A DNA stretch of 64,000 bases from Phycisphaerales bacterium (GTDB taxonomy: Bacteria > Planctomycetota > Phycisphaerae > Tepidisphaerales > Tepidisphaeraceae), in assembly GCA_020847545.1 (NCBI GenBank), contig JADLBV010000048.1, positions 83 through 64,082 on the forward strand. The letters are read 5' to 3'. Shown in pieces: positions 19,786-29,614 of this stretch (positions are counted from its first letter, which is position 1; every line of letters starts with the position of its first letter). Made by a program: the position numbers and the translations under genes. The notes below the pieces were generated by a model. The model saw only the letters and a program-made list of their open reading frames with translations, searched no databases and was not told where the DNA came from.

Positions 19786-20583
19786 TCAAATCCTGGCGAA
19801 TTTCCGTTCCGCCTTCAAAATTGCCCGAACCGGTTCCAGCAATTGTCCATTGACCGCCGCCCCATCCCCGGCGTGAATGGACGATCCACCCGACCAGGTT
19901 GTGAACCCGCCCCCCGCCTCGCGCAAAATCGGGGGCATCGGCGCCACATCCCACGGGTTTAACTTCGGGTCGATCATAATCTCCGCCCGGCCGGTCGCCA
20001 CCAACAGGTAGCCGTAACAATCCCCCCATGTTCGCGTCAGTTTGACCTTGTCGGCCAGTTGATCAAACGTATCCGAGCGGGCCTGGCAGGTGGTTACACT
20101 GGAACTCAGCAGCGTCGCCTCCTCCAGTTTGGACACCTCCGACACACGTGCCCGGCGCCCATTCCACCAGCACCCCAGTCCATCGGCCGCCCAGACCATC
20201 TCATCGAGGGCCGGCATGTAAATCACCCCCACCGACGGCTCGCCATTCACCTCGACGCCGATCAGGACACCATACAGCGGCACACCATGAATAAACGACT
20301 TGGTCCCATCGATCGGGTCGATGATCCAGCGATAGTCGTTGCCGCCGGCCCCCCCGCCGCTGCTCCCTTGTTCTTCGCCCAGGATCGCGTGGTTGGGATA
20401 AGTGCGGGCAATGCGTCCGCGGATGATCTCCTCGGCCTCGCGGTCGGCGCAGGTCACCGGCGTCTGGTCCGATTTGGTCTCCACCGCCACGCCCGTGTTG
20501 AAATGGGCCAGCGTCCGCCGACCCGCCAGATAGGCCGCCTCCACCGCCACGGCCGCAAGATCGCCCAATGCGATTTTCGACAT
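19786..20583 (-). CDS. Inositol monophosphatase family protein (possibly HisN-type histidinol-phosphatase)
   Basis: ILGEE, WIIDPIDGTKSFIHG and WDVAP motifs of the IMPase/FBPase fold. Confidence 0.85.
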   Translation of the reverse strand: MSKIALGDLAAVAVEAAYLAGRRTLAHFNTGVAVETKSDQTPVTCADREAEEIIRGRIARTYPNHAILGEEQGSSGGGAGGNDYRWIIDPIDGTKSFIHGVPLYGVLIGVEVNGEPSVGVIYMPALDEMVWAADGLGCWWNGRRARVSEVSKLEEATLLSSSVTTCQARSDTFDQLADKVKLTRTWGDCYGYLLVATGRAEIMIDPKLNPWDVAPMPPILREAGGGFTTWSGGSSIHAGDGAAVNGQLLEPVRAILKAERKFARI

Positions 20584-20586
20584 TTT

Positions 20587-21183
20587 TTACTTCTCCGATT
20601 CCATTTTCATGCCGCACTGACAAACGAACGGCTTTAACTGATGCGGCCGGATGGATGATGGATGTTGCACCACAATTTCGCATCCGCAGCGCCGACAGGA
20701 CCATTGATCCCCCGCCGTCGTCGCCTGTGGCGCGGGGGAATCCAAGCCCGATTCATCCCCATCGGCCTCCGTCACATCCCCCTTTTTGTCCATCGCCAGG
20801 TTGGCCAGTTTGTCGGCCAGTTCGTTTTTGTGCCGCAGGTTGTGCTCAATGCGATACTCGTGAAAATCGGTCAGCATCAATTGCGCCTGATCATACAGTA
20901 TTCGCATGTCCGGATGTTTAACGCGATATTCTCCCCGCATCTGCTTGATGATCAACTCGCTGTCTCCGCGGATGATGATCTTTTTTGCGCCCAGCTTGAG
21001 TGCTTCCTCCAAAGCGGTGATCAGCGCGCGATATTCAGCGACATTGTTGGTGGCCTTGCCGATGAACCGTCCGAGCGTGACCAGCGGCGTGCGGTCGGCC
21101 GCCCGCACCACCACCCCGATTCCCGCCGGCCCCGGATTTCCGCGCGACCCCCCGTCAAATTCCAGGCTCAGTACCTCATCCAT
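20587..21183 (-). CDS. rnhA: Ribonuclease HI with C-terminal zinc-ribbon extension
   Basis: FDGGSRGNPGPAGIG, NNVAEYRALITALE, GDSELIIKQM and NELADKLAN (the DEDD set). C-terminal tail CRRCGC...CQCG. Confidence 0.85.
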   Translation of the reverse strand: MDEVLSLEFDGGSRGNPGPAGIGVVVRAADRTPLVTLGRFIGKATNNVAEYRALITALEEALKLGAKKIIIRGDSELIIKQMRGEYRVKHPDMRILYDQAQLMLTDFHEYRIEHNLRHKNELADKLANLAMDKKGDVTEADGDESGLDSPAPQATTAGDQWSCRRCGCEIVVQHPSSIRPHQLKPFVCQCGMKMESEK

Positions 21184-22078
21184 GCCCTTCCTCGCTCGTT
21201 TCGGCCGCGTTTTGGACTTCCGGCTCCTCCGGCGTCATCGATTTGAGCACATCCACCGCCGACTCCTGCCGGCGGGTGGTGGCGCCGGGCACATCGCCGG
21301 CCGGCTTTTCACGCGGGGTCTTTTTCTTGTTCACGGCCGCTTCTGGGGGCAATTCATCGGGGATGTACAAAATCCGGTGGCAACTGGGGCAGAAAATCAG
21401 GTCATCCCGCATGTGCAGTTTATTGTACACATCCGTCACCAAGTCCATCATGCAGGCCGTGCAGACGTATTCCTCGCGTCGTCGATCCGGCTTGGAAAGG
21501 GCGCTCAATGCCTCCCCCTCAAATCGATCCGCCAGCCGTTCAAACGCCGTCAATGCCTTTGCGGGAACCGCCGCCGCCGCCTCATTACGGGCCGGACGCA
21601 GACCTTCGATCTCCGCCTGCAACGTGGCGACCGTATCCCCCATCTGATCCTTCATCGTTTGCAGCTTGGTCTTTTCCCCTTCCAGATGGGCGGCCAATTC
21701 CTTGATCTCAACCTGTCCTCGCTCCACCTGTTCCATAATCTTCAGCGCTTGTTCCTCTGCCTTGGCGCGGTCCACTTTTTCGGTGTTGATCTCGACGAGG
21801 AACGCCTGATATTCCTTGTTGTTTTTCGCAGTCTGCTGCTGGCCGCGCAGTCGTTCGATGCGGGCGTCGCGGGTTTTGATGTCCAGTTCGAGTTGGGCGG
21901 CCTGGGTCTGATGTTCCCGAAGCGCCTGTTGCAAGCCGCTGAGTTTCTGCTCAAGGTCGCGGACCCTGCGTTCCTGGATGCGGACGTTTTTTGTCGCCGC
22001 CTCCAACCGGCCTTGTGCCTCACGAAGCGCCATATCGGCCTGATACAACTGGACCAAAGCGATGTTGGTCGGACCCAT
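21176..22078 (-). CDS. Coiled-coil C4 zinc-ribbon protein (COG1579/DUF164-like)
   Basis: Long heptad-rich N-terminal region, then CTAC...CPSC (YVCTACMMD...IFCPSCHRILY). 8-nt overlap with rnhA. ATG 22078 chosen. Confidence 0.72.
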   Translation of the reverse strand: MGPTNIALVQLYQADMALREAQGRLEAATKNVRIQERRVRDLEQKLSGLQQALREHQTQAAQLELDIKTRDARIERLRGQQQTAKNNKEYQAFLVEINTEKVDRAKAEEQALKIMEQVERGQVEIKELAAHLEGEKTKLQTMKDQMGDTVATLQAEIEGLRPARNEAAAAVPAKALTAFERLADRFEGEALSALSKPDRRREEYVCTACMMDLVTDVYNKLHMRDDLIFCPSCHRILYIPDELPPEAAVNKKKTPREKPAGDVPGATTRRQESAVDVLKSMTPEEPEVQNAAETSEEGHG

Positions 22079-22203
22079 TGCAAATTCCTCGGTTATCAAA
22101 AGAGCATTGTGGTTGCCGCGAAAACCACCCGCGGGCGGTTTTGGCAAAACGCTGAAATTATGCGATTTGCCCCCTTCTTGCAAACATCTTCAACCCCAAT
22201 CAA

Positions 22204-22884
22204 TCACGATTTGGCGCGTAATTCAGCCAGAAGCTGACGAAAAGTCTGATCGATGCGGGCCGTGATTTGCGCGGGTTTGAGGTGATTTAATTCCATCGGC
22301 GGCCCATACAGAACGCGAATGGGAGCCGGATGAAATATTTTTCGTCCTCGCGGCCAAGCGGTAAACGACCCGCTGATCACCACCGGAACCACCGGCACCC
22401 CCGCCCGCCTGACCATCAGGGCAATACCCGGCTCAATGGGGCCAAGTTCGCCGGTCTGGGTCCGCGATCCTTCGGGGTAAATGTTCAGGACATGCCCTTC
22501 CTTCAATCGGCGGATCGTCTCCTTGACCGCGCCGATGTCACCTTCCCCCTGTCGCACCGGAAAAGCGTGTAATGAGCGGATCAGCCAACCAAAGGCTGGA
22601 TTATCAAACAAACCGGACCGGGCCAAAAAACTCACCGGCCGTCTCACCCGAACGGCGACGACCACCGGATCGAGATAACTTTCATGGTTCGCCACCAGCA
22701 GGGCGCCGCCGTGGGTTGGAATGTGATGCAGACCGTACACTTTCAGATCGAACATCAAGGTGGTGATAATGCGGGCAAATGCCTGGCAACCACACCAGAT
22801 GATGGAGCGACGGGGCGTAATGCCACTCGAAGATGAGTTTTCATTCGGTTGGGCGGGATTGGTCTGTGTCATTTCAGGTAACAC
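22204..22884 (-). CDS. plsC: 1-acyl-sn-glycerol-3-phosphate acyltransferase
   Basis: HX4D (ANHESYLD) and PEGSRT motifs. Confidence 0.85.
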   Translation of the reverse strand: MLPEMTQTNPAQPNENSSSSGITPRRSIIWCGCQAFARIITTLMFDLKVYGLHHIPTHGGALLVANHESYLDPVVVAVRVRRPVSFLARSGLFDNPAFGWLIRSLHAFPVRQGEGDIGAVKETIRRLKEGHVLNIYPEGSRTQTGELGPIEPGIALMVRRAGVPVVPVVISGSFTAWPRGRKIFHPAPIRVLYGPPMELNHLKPAQITARIDQTFRQLLAELRAKS

Positions 22885-23548
22885 CCCGCAACTGCTCCCG
22901 CGCCATCTGGACGATGGAATCGATCACCTGCTGCTGGGTCAAATGGGTGGTGTCGATGACTTTCGCATCTGAAGCCACGGCCAACGGGCCGGTTGACCGG
23001 CCTGAATCGCGCTGGTCACGCTCAACAATCTGACGAAGAATCTCGGCCGGGTCAACCACCTCGCCGCGGGCGCGAAGCTGGGCCACCCGTCGGCGTCCCC
23101 GTTCGGCCGGATCGGCGTCGAGATAGATTTTTAATTGCGCATCTGGAAAAACGACGCTCCCCTGGTCGCGCCCTTCCGTGACCAGCCGGCATCGATTTTG
23201 ACCGATTTTCCGCTGTTGATCCACCAATTGACGCCGAATGGCCGCCACCACCGCGATTTGACTGGCGGCGGCGGTCACTTCGGCGCTGCGCAACAAATGC
23301 CCCACCGGCTCATCATTCAACAGGACGGCCGGCGGATGGGCCGACCAGTCAAATTCAATGCGGGCGTGACGGGCAACAAATTCCAGCTCGCGCGGATCGT
23401 CCAAATCCGATTGTCGACGCACCGCCGCCAATGCGATGGCGCGGTACATGGCCCCGGTATCAAGAAAATCAAATCTCAATCGATCCGCAACGTGTCGTGC
23501 GACACTGGATTTCCCAGTGCCGGCCGGGCCGTCGATGGTGATCACCAT
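22874..23548 (-). CDS. cmk: Cytidylate kinase
   Basis: IDGPAGTGKSS P-loop and DTGAMYRA. The ORF runs up to 23692 but that would overlap thuA, so ATG 23548 (or 23584) is taken. Confidence 0.9.
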   Translation of the reverse strand: MVITIDGPAGTGKSSVARHVADRLRFDFLDTGAMYRAIALAAVRRQSDLDDPRELEFVARHARIEFDWSAHPPAVLLNDEPVGHLLRSAEVTAAASQIAVVAAIRRQLVDQQRKIGQNRCRLVTEGRDQGSVVFPDAQLKIYLDADPAERGRRRVAQLRARGEVVDPAEILRQIVERDQRDSGRSTGPLAVASDAKVIDTTHLTQQQVIDSIVQMAREQLRGVT

Positions 23549-23565
23549 GGGCAGGTCGATTGGAC

Positions 23566-24225
23566 TCAAGTTTTGGCCGCCCATTGGAAACCCCGGCGCA
23601 TCAACGTCAAACAAGGCTCGCTTTGGACGATGTCCGCCTGATGACCCAAGGAATTGTAGAACACCCGTCCCTTGCCCCAAAGCTTTGTCCACAACACCGG
23701 CATCCGCACCGGGCCATTGGCGACATGCGGTCCATCGGCCACCGGCATGGATGTCGTCGCCAGCACTTTCACGGCCGGGTCCACATGCAGATAAGACTGT
23801 TCGCTGGAAACCTCAAAATCCTCGATCCCGCGGGTGATCGGATGGGACTGATCGGTGATTTTTACCTGATACTTCACCCCGTCATTGCCCGGATGGGCCA
23901 CCCATTGCCCGCCTGTCATAAATTGCCATTCGGTGTGTTCGCGAAATGCGTCGCACATCCCGCCGTGACAACCCGCCAGCCCGACGCCGCTCTGGACGGC
24001 CTTGCTGACCGGCTGAAATTGCTCCTCGGTGATCTTGCCCATCGTCCAGATGGGAACGATCAAACTCAGGGAAAGCAGCTTTTCGACATCGAGAAACGCA
24101 TCCAGCGTATTGGAAACCTCAACGGAAAAACCATCCTCAACCAGCGCCTTGCGGAAGATTTCCGCCACCTGTCCGGGCTGGTGGCCATCCCAGCCGCCCC
24201 ATACGATCAATGCTCGTCCGCTCAC
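23566..24225 (-). CDS. ThuA-domain protein (trehalose-utilisation-like, class I amidotransferase-like fold)
   Basis: LIVWGGWDGHQP ... VGLAGCHGG pattern recalled from ThuA family proteins. GTG start 6 nt after AAGGAG. Confidence 0.72.
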   Translation of the reverse strand: MSGRALIVWGGWDGHQPGQVAEIFRKALVEDGFSVEVSNTLDAFLDVEKLLSLSLIVPIWTMGKITEEQFQPVSKAVQSGVGLAGCHGGMCDAFREHTEWQFMTGGQWVAHPGNDGVKYQVKITDQSHPITRGIEDFEVSSEQSYLHVDPAVKVLATTSMPVADGPHVANGPVRMPVLWTKLWGKGRVFYNSLGHQADIVQSEPCLTLMRRGFQWAAKT

Positions 24226-24351
24226 GATAGTCTCCTTAAAACGGCCGCATTATACGTTGCCGATTTGGGAAATGAAGCGGGTCGTGGTATCCCAAATTTC
24301 ACCTACCCGGCAACAAATGCCCGATCTGTCGGCTATAATCATTGATGGAAT

Positions 24352-25626
24352 ATGATTCGATTCCCCTGCCATTGCGGACATGAGTTTGAGATGCCCGAAG
24401 ACATGGCCGGCGGGCTGATTCAATGCCCGCATTGCGGCCGGTTGAACGACATCCCAACCTTGAGCGATCTGGCCAATCTGGGCGTCGATGGAACCTATAA
24501 AATGGACTCATCGACCTCGGCCGTCGATGCCGACCGCATGGCCCAGCTCCGCAAGGCATTTGCCCGTCGAAAAAACGATGATGCCGGAAATCCCATCGAC
24601 ATGCTCCCCACGCTGGATGATGTGGAGCGGGTCGGCGCCGAGGAAGTTCCCCTGAGCCTGAGCGATCAGGTCCGCCCCGGCGCGCCAAAATATGACCCCG
24701 ATACCGGCGAGCTGGTTCGTCCAATCCATGTCCGGCCCGTGGATCAGCCGGATGAATCCAACATCCCCATCGCCGGGCGGGCGATCGGATATACCAGTGG
24801 CGATCTTGCCGCACGCCATTCGCCGGCGCGGATTCTTCTGGAGTTGCTACTGCCGGTGAATCTGGTGGTGATGTTGTTTATCCTGCTGGCCCATGTGGTG
24901 GCGCAAATGACGCTGAACATCATTATTTTCGGCTGGTTTGCGTCGCTGATCATCGCGGGATTGATCATGGCCCACTACGCCACAGTGGTGGAGGAGGTCG
25001 GCCCCGAAGATCGTGATGAACTGCCCCGGCCGCTGCGCAACGCCAGCTTGGGCGATGACATTTGGCGGCCGTTTTGCCACTTTTTCCTATCGCTGGCGGC
25101 CTGTTATTGGCCGATGGTGTTGGCATGGTATGTGGGGGTCGCCGATGGCAATGCCCTGCTGGTTTCACTGGTGCCGGTGTTGTTTGGATTGGGCGGGTTT
25201 TTATTCCCGGCCGTCTTGTTGACCGCCACCACCAGCGGCGCCCCACTGGCCAACCTTCGCCCCGACCGGATCTTCAGCATCATCCTCAAATGCGGCGGCG
25301 GATACCTGCTATCCGTCATCTCTTGGCTGATCGCATCCGGCCTCTATCTTTGGTTGATGGTCGGCTACGACATGATCCCGCGTCAATGGTTGCACGCCAA
25401 CCCGTGGATGGCGCATCTGAATCATTTCGCCGTCGTTTATCTGTTGATCTGGATCGCGATCTACACGACACATTTTTTTGCATGGCATCTGGGTTTGCTC
25501 TATCGCCGCCATCACGACCGATTCAGATGGGCCTTGCAACGGCATGTGCCGACCAATCGTTTGGTGAATCTTCCCCAGGAGGTCGCCCAGCGTCGGGCGA
25601 AGGCGGAAAAAAGAGCTGCCCCTTAA
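24352..25626 (+). CDS. Zinc-ribbon-headed polytopic membrane protein, function unknown
   Basis: N-terminal CHC...CPHC ribbon (MIRFPCHCGHEFEMPEDMAGGLIQCPHCG), ~150-aa polar linker, then about 6-7 hydrophobic helices. Confidence 0.7.
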   Translation: MIRFPCHCGHEFEMPEDMAGGLIQCPHCGRLNDIPTLSDLANLGVDGTYKMDSSTSAVDADRMAQLRKAFARRKNDDAGNPIDMLPTLDDVERVGAEEVPLSLSDQVRPGAPKYDPDTGELVRPIHVRPVDQPDESNIPIAGRAIGYTSGDLAARHSPARILLELLLPVNLVVMLFILLAHVVAQMTLNIIIFGWFASLIIAGLIMAHYATVVEEVGPEDRDELPRPLRNASLGDDIWRPFCHFFLSLAACYWPMVLAWYVGVADGNALLVSLVPVLFGLGGFLFPAVLLTATTSGAPLANLRPDRIFSIILKCGGGYLLSVISWLIASGLYLWLMVGYDMIPRQWLHANPWMAHLNHFAVVYLLIWIAIYTTHFFAWHLGLLYRRHHDRFRWALQRHVPTNRLVNLPQEVAQRRAKAEKRAAP

Positions 25627-25657
25627 AGGTTTGCACGCGCGGCCATACAATCATTCC

Positions 25658-27358
25658 ATGCGGATCGCATTGGCGCAAATCAACTGCACGGTCGGTGACA
25701 TCGCGGGCAATTGCCGCAAGATTCTTGCATTTACCCAGCGGGCCAAGGAACAGGGGGCGCAGCTGGTCGTCTTCCCGGAATTGTCGGTCGTCGGATATCC
25801 ACCCAGGGATCTGCTCTTAAAACCGCAGTTTGTTGCCGACAATTTGCGTGGGTTGGACCTGATCGCATCGCGGGTCAGTGGGATTGATGTGATTGTCGGT
25901 TATGCCCAGCGCAACGAAACACCGGTCGGCCGTCCTTTGTTTAACGCCGCGGCGCTGCTGCGGGATGGCAAGATCGTCAGCCGACATTTCAAAACCCTGT
26001 TGCCCACTTACGACGTTTTTGATGAAAGCCGATACTTTGAGCCAGGACCCGCGTGTGATCGCTGCAATCTGGTTCAAATCGCCGACACCACGGCCGGCCT
26101 GTCGATCTGCGAAGACCTGTGGAACGATGAAAAAATGGTCTCGCGGAGGTTGTATCACCAAAACCCCATCGCCGACCTGCACGCGGCCGGCGCACAGGTG
26201 CTGATCAACATCAGCGCCTCACCTTTCGTTGCCGGCAAGCATGAATTTCGACTTGATCTGTTCGGTTCCCAGGTCAAACAATTCGGCCGGCCGTTGATTT
26301 ATGTCAATCAGGTGGGTGGCAACGATGAGCTGGTCTTTGACGGCAACAGTGTCGCGTTGGATGCGGCCGGCAATGTCATCGCGCAGGCCAAGGATTTTGA
26401 AGAAGACCTGTTGATCGTGGACCTGCATGGCAACACCGGCAATGCCACGACCACTCCGCATACCCATGCCCACGGGGCGGCCGCCATTTACAAGGCGTTG
26501 GTGCTGGGATTACGCGACTATGTCCACAAGTGCGGGTTCAAAAGCGTGGTGCTGGGCCTCTCCGGCGGCATCGATTCGGCATTGACGGCCGCGCTGGCGG
26601 TGGCGGCGCTGGGCAAGGACAAAGTTGTCGGTGTGGCGATGCCCAGCCGATTCAGTTCCGACCATTCCATCGTGGACGCCGAGGCCCTCGCCCATAACCT
26701 TGGCATCGCCTTCCATCTCGTGCCAATCCGTTCGATTCACGAGCAATATGAAAACACGCTGGCCCCGTTTTTTGACCGGATGGCGCGCGATGTCACCGAG
26801 GAAAATCTCCAGGCCCGCGTTCGCGGCGCGCTGTTGATGGCCTTTTCCAATAAATTCAACCACCTGCTGCTGACCACCGGAAATAAAAGCGAACTGGCGG
26901 TCGGGTATTGCACGCTCTATGGCGACATGTGCGGCGGGTTGGCGATCCTGAGCGATGTCCCCAAAACGATGGTGTATGAACTCTCCGAATTGATCAATCG
27001 GCAGGCGGCGTGCGAATTGATCCCGCGCAACAGCATCACCAAGGCCCCCTCGGCCGAGTTGCGCCCCGATCAGACCGATCAGGATTCACTGCCCCCATAT
27101 GACATCCTCGATGCGATTTTGCATCGTTATGTCGAGGAGGAAAAAGGGGTGAGTGAAATCATCGCCGAAGGGTTTGACGCCCCCACGGTGTTGCGCGTCA
27201 TCAAGCTGGTGGATCGCAGCGAATACAAGCGAAGACAATCCGCGCCCGGCATCAAAGTCACCAGCCGTGCCTTTGGATATGGGCGTCGGATGCCCATCGC
27301 CCAGCGCTACGAGCAGGTCATGCCCAGACATGGCGAACCTTCGCCGATTCAGGAATAA
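25658..27358 (+). CDS. nadE: Glutamine-dependent NAD+ synthetase
   Basis: N-terminal CN-hydrolase domain (MRIALAQINC, VFPELSVVGYPP, LSICEDLW) plus a C-terminal synthetase domain with the SGGIDS PP-loop. Confidence 0.93.
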   Translation: MRIALAQINCTVGDIAGNCRKILAFTQRAKEQGAQLVVFPELSVVGYPPRDLLLKPQFVADNLRGLDLIASRVSGIDVIVGYAQRNETPVGRPLFNAAALLRDGKIVSRHFKTLLPTYDVFDESRYFEPGPACDRCNLVQIADTTAGLSICEDLWNDEKMVSRRLYHQNPIADLHAAGAQVLINISASPFVAGKHEFRLDLFGSQVKQFGRPLIYVNQVGGNDELVFDGNSVALDAAGNVIAQAKDFEEDLLIVDLHGNTGNATTTPHTHAHGAAAIYKALVLGLRDYVHKCGFKSVVLGLSGGIDSALTAALAVAALGKDKVVGVAMPSRFSSDHSIVDAEALAHNLGIAFHLVPIRSIHEQYENTLAPFFDRMARDVTEENLQARVRGALLMAFSNKFNHLLLTTGNKSELAVGYCTLYGDMCGGLAILSDVPKTMVYELSELINRQAACELIPRNSITKAPSAELRPDQTDQDSLPPYDILDAILHRYVEEEKGVSEIIAEGFDAPTVLRVIKLVDRSEYKRRQSAPGIKVTSRAFGYGRRMPIAQRYEQVMPRHGEPSPIQE

Positions 27359-27392
27359 CCATACACTCAACGCGATCTGTGTTGGTCGGCGA

Positions 27393-28700
27393 TTATTTCG
27401 CCGCCATTGCCGTTTCCACGGCCGCCTTTAATTTCTCGGCGGTGTCCGGCCCGGCACCAACGAAGACCTGCGCCACGTTGCCATCCTTGCCAATGACCAC
27501 TGTTTCTGGAATGGCGCTGGCCAGGTATTGCTGTCCAACCGCTCCATTTTGATCCAGCAGCACCGGCAGTTTCAGGTTGTGATCCTTGAGGAACTGGCTC
27601 ACCTTTTCCTTCTCTTCCTGAAGGTTCACCGCGAACACTTCCAGACCGGCCGGTGATTTTTCCTGATACAACGCATCAATATGTGGCAGCGACTGCACAC
27701 AAGGCCCACACCATGTCGCCCAGAAATCCAGCACCACCACTTTTCCCTTCAGGTCCGACAAGGCGACTTCCTTTCCATCCAGCGATGGGAGTTTGAAATC
27801 GGGTGCCGGCTTGCCCACCAATTCGTTTGCGGGATTCTGCGATTCCTGTTGGACCTGCGCCGTGGCCGCGTCCTTGGCATCCTGCGGAGGAGTCCAAGCG
27901 AATTGTTCCGCCTTGACCGCCGTTTTGGTATCGACCTTGGTGTACTCGAAGGTCAGCATCGCGTTGTTGACCTGACCCTGGCCGCGCTGTTGCAACCCCT
28001 TTTTCATGTCCACAACCACCCGGCGAACCAGGCTGGTCTGCGGATCAACCACCACGGTGGTGTCGCCATTTTCCTCGGTGATGCGCAGCGCGGGACATTT
28101 CGCCCCCTCAATCTCCACATCATCAGCCAACGTGACATTGCTGGTGTGTTCGGTCAATTCCTTGCCGGCATCCTGTGACAATGCCAGCAGCAAGGCCGGG
28201 TTTTGCTGTTGAAGGATCGACGGAACCACCATCGGCATATCCGACAGTTTTGTCGCCCCTTCGGGCAAAGCCCATGTGCGATACATCTTCGCCTTTTCCG
28301 AATAGATATAGATCGCCTTCCCATCCGATCCCAGCAACACATCATCCTGTAACTGATGGCGGAACTGGAGCGGCGAGAGGAAAATGGCTTCAAACTTACC
28401 GGTCTGGTCCATCTTCTGGCCGCTGACATCAAAATCGGCATGGATTGTGCCGGCCATCTCCAGGTTCTTGGCGTCGGCATAAGCGGCCGTCAGTTTATCC
28501 AACAATGCCTTGGCTTCGGCCGACACTTTTGGGCCGGCCTGTTGTGCTTCATGAGCCGCCTGCGGCGCTGTTTGTGCCGGCGCGGTGGATGGTCCATCGG
28601 CAAATGTGGCCGTGGATGTGCCAATGGTCAATGCAACGGCGGCCGCCAGACGCAGGGAAAACAATTTGTTCATGGATGCTCCGAAAAATTTCTTGTTCAT
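27393..28700 (-). CDS. Secreted LolA-like (DUF2092-type) domain fused to TlpA/ResA-type thioredoxin
   Basis: Signal peptide, ~250-aa LolA-like region, and C-terminal VVVLDFWATWCGPC redoxin domain. Confidence 0.78.
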   Translation of the reverse strand: MNKKFFGASMNKLFSLRLAAAVALTIGTSTATFADGPSTAPAQTAPQAAHEAQQAGPKVSAEAKALLDKLTAAYADAKNLEMAGTIHADFDVSGQKMDQTGKFEAIFLSPLQFRHQLQDDVLLGSDGKAIYIYSEKAKMYRTWALPEGATKLSDMPMVVPSILQQQNPALLLALSQDAGKELTEHTSNVTLADDVEIEGAKCPALRITEENGDTTVVVDPQTSLVRRVVVDMKKGLQQRGQGQVNNAMLTFEYTKVDTKTAVKAEQFAWTPPQDAKDAATAQVQQESQNPANELVGKPAPDFKLPSLDGKEVALSDLKGKVVVLDFWATWCGPCVQSLPHIDALYQEKSPAGLEVFAVNLQEEKEKVSQFLKDHNLKLPVLLDQNGAVGQQYLASAIPETVVIGKDGNVAQVFVGAGPDTAEKLKAAVETAMAAK

Positions 28701-28789
28701 CACTGAATAGACACCGGTACGCAACCGGCGTTTGCCCACTATCGTAGGCGCGGATCGATCAAATTCCCACCATCGTGGCGAAAATTTGC

Positions 28790-29527
28790 TCAACCGAACT
28801 CATCCCCCCGGAATGTATTGCCCAGGTAGGCCGACTTCACCTGCGGGTCGTTGATGATCGCGCGGGGTGTTCCTTCCTTGATGACGTGCCCGTTATCAAT
28901 GATCAGCGCTCGGTCGCACACGCGCAGGGTTTGCGCCACGTTGTGATCGGTGATCAGCACGCTCTTGCCGAATTCATGCTTCAACCGAACCACTTCCTTC
29001 TGCAAATCCTCCACCGCGATGGGGTCCACGCCGCTGAAGGGTTCATCGAGCAAGATCAACTTGGGCTGGGTGACCAGCGCCCGTGCGATTTCCAGTTTTC
29101 GCCGTTCGCCGCCGCTGAGGGTTTCGGCCCGCTGGTTGCGCTGGCGAACCAAGCCGTATTGACTGAGCAACTGATCCGCACGGCGTTTGCGTTCGGATCG
29201 GCTGATGTTCAGCGTCTCCAGAATCGCCTGTAAGTTCTGCCAAACGGTCAATCGGCGAAAATCGCTGCGTTCCTGTGCCAGATATCCGATCCCCCGCCGG
29301 GCGCGTTTGTACATCGGCAGGTGGGTGATGTCGGCCGCGTCAAACGCCACCGCCCCGCTGTCGGGCGTCACCATCCCCAGGATCATGCGAAACGTGGTGG
29401 TTTTTCCCGCCCCGTTACGGCCAAGCAGGCCGACAATCTCCTCCTGGCGCAGCACAAAGCTGACCTCGTCCACGACCGTTCGGCCATCGTAACTTTTTAC
29501 CAGTTTGGTCGTTTCCAGCAGGTTCAT
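28790..29527 (-). CDS. lptB: LPS export ABC transporter ATP-binding protein
   Basis: Walker A GRNGAGKTT, signature LSGGERRKLEIARAL, Walker B LILLDEP, and an LptB-like C-terminal tail. Confidence 0.88.
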   Translation of the reverse strand: MNLLETTKLVKSYDGRTVVDEVSFVLRQEEIVGLLGRNGAGKTTTFRMILGMVTPDSGAVAFDAADITHLPMYKRARRGIGYLAQERSDFRRLTVWQNLQAILETLNISRSERKRRADQLLSQYGLVRQRNQRAETLSGGERRKLEIARALVTQPKLILLDEPFSGVDPIAVEDLQKEVVRLKHEFGKSVLITDHNVAQTLRVCDRALIIDNGHVIKEGTPRAIINDPQVKSAYLGNTFRGDEFG

Positions 29528-29594
29528 GCAAGCTTGCACCATCCGGGAGCGGGTAGTCTGGCGACCCGCGCGGGAAAATCAAGAGACGAAAATT

Positions 29595-29614
29595 TGTGGA
29601 TAACTTGTGGAAAA
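29595..29614. promoter_or_regulatory. DnaA-box pair (left): perfect TGTGGATAA plus TGTGGAAAA
   Basis: + strand TGTGGATAA at 29595-29603 is the reverse complement of consensus TTATCCACA. A one-mismatch copy lies at 29606-29614. Confidence 0.55.

Noticed and set aside
20906-22237. 443-aa + strand ORF spanning the RNase HI and zinc-ribbon genes
   Set aside because: It lies opposite two well-supported minus-strand genes and crosses their boundary. The product is Arg/Leu/Pro-rich nonsense.
22874-23692. Long N-terminal extensions of cmk (to 23692), the MBL hydrolase (to 33533), the PilZ gene (from 60165) and the MshEN-like gene (from 33946)
   Set aside because: The extensions overlap neighbouring genes or run through promoter-like DNA. 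Internal ATGs give family-typical N-termini, in two cases with ATGA coupling or an SD.
24263-24297. 8-bp inverted repeat ATTTGGGA-N19-TCCCAAAT between thuA and the zinc-ribbon membrane gene
   Set aside because: Short arms, a long spacer and an AT-rich context. It could arise by chance, and there is no supporting second copy.
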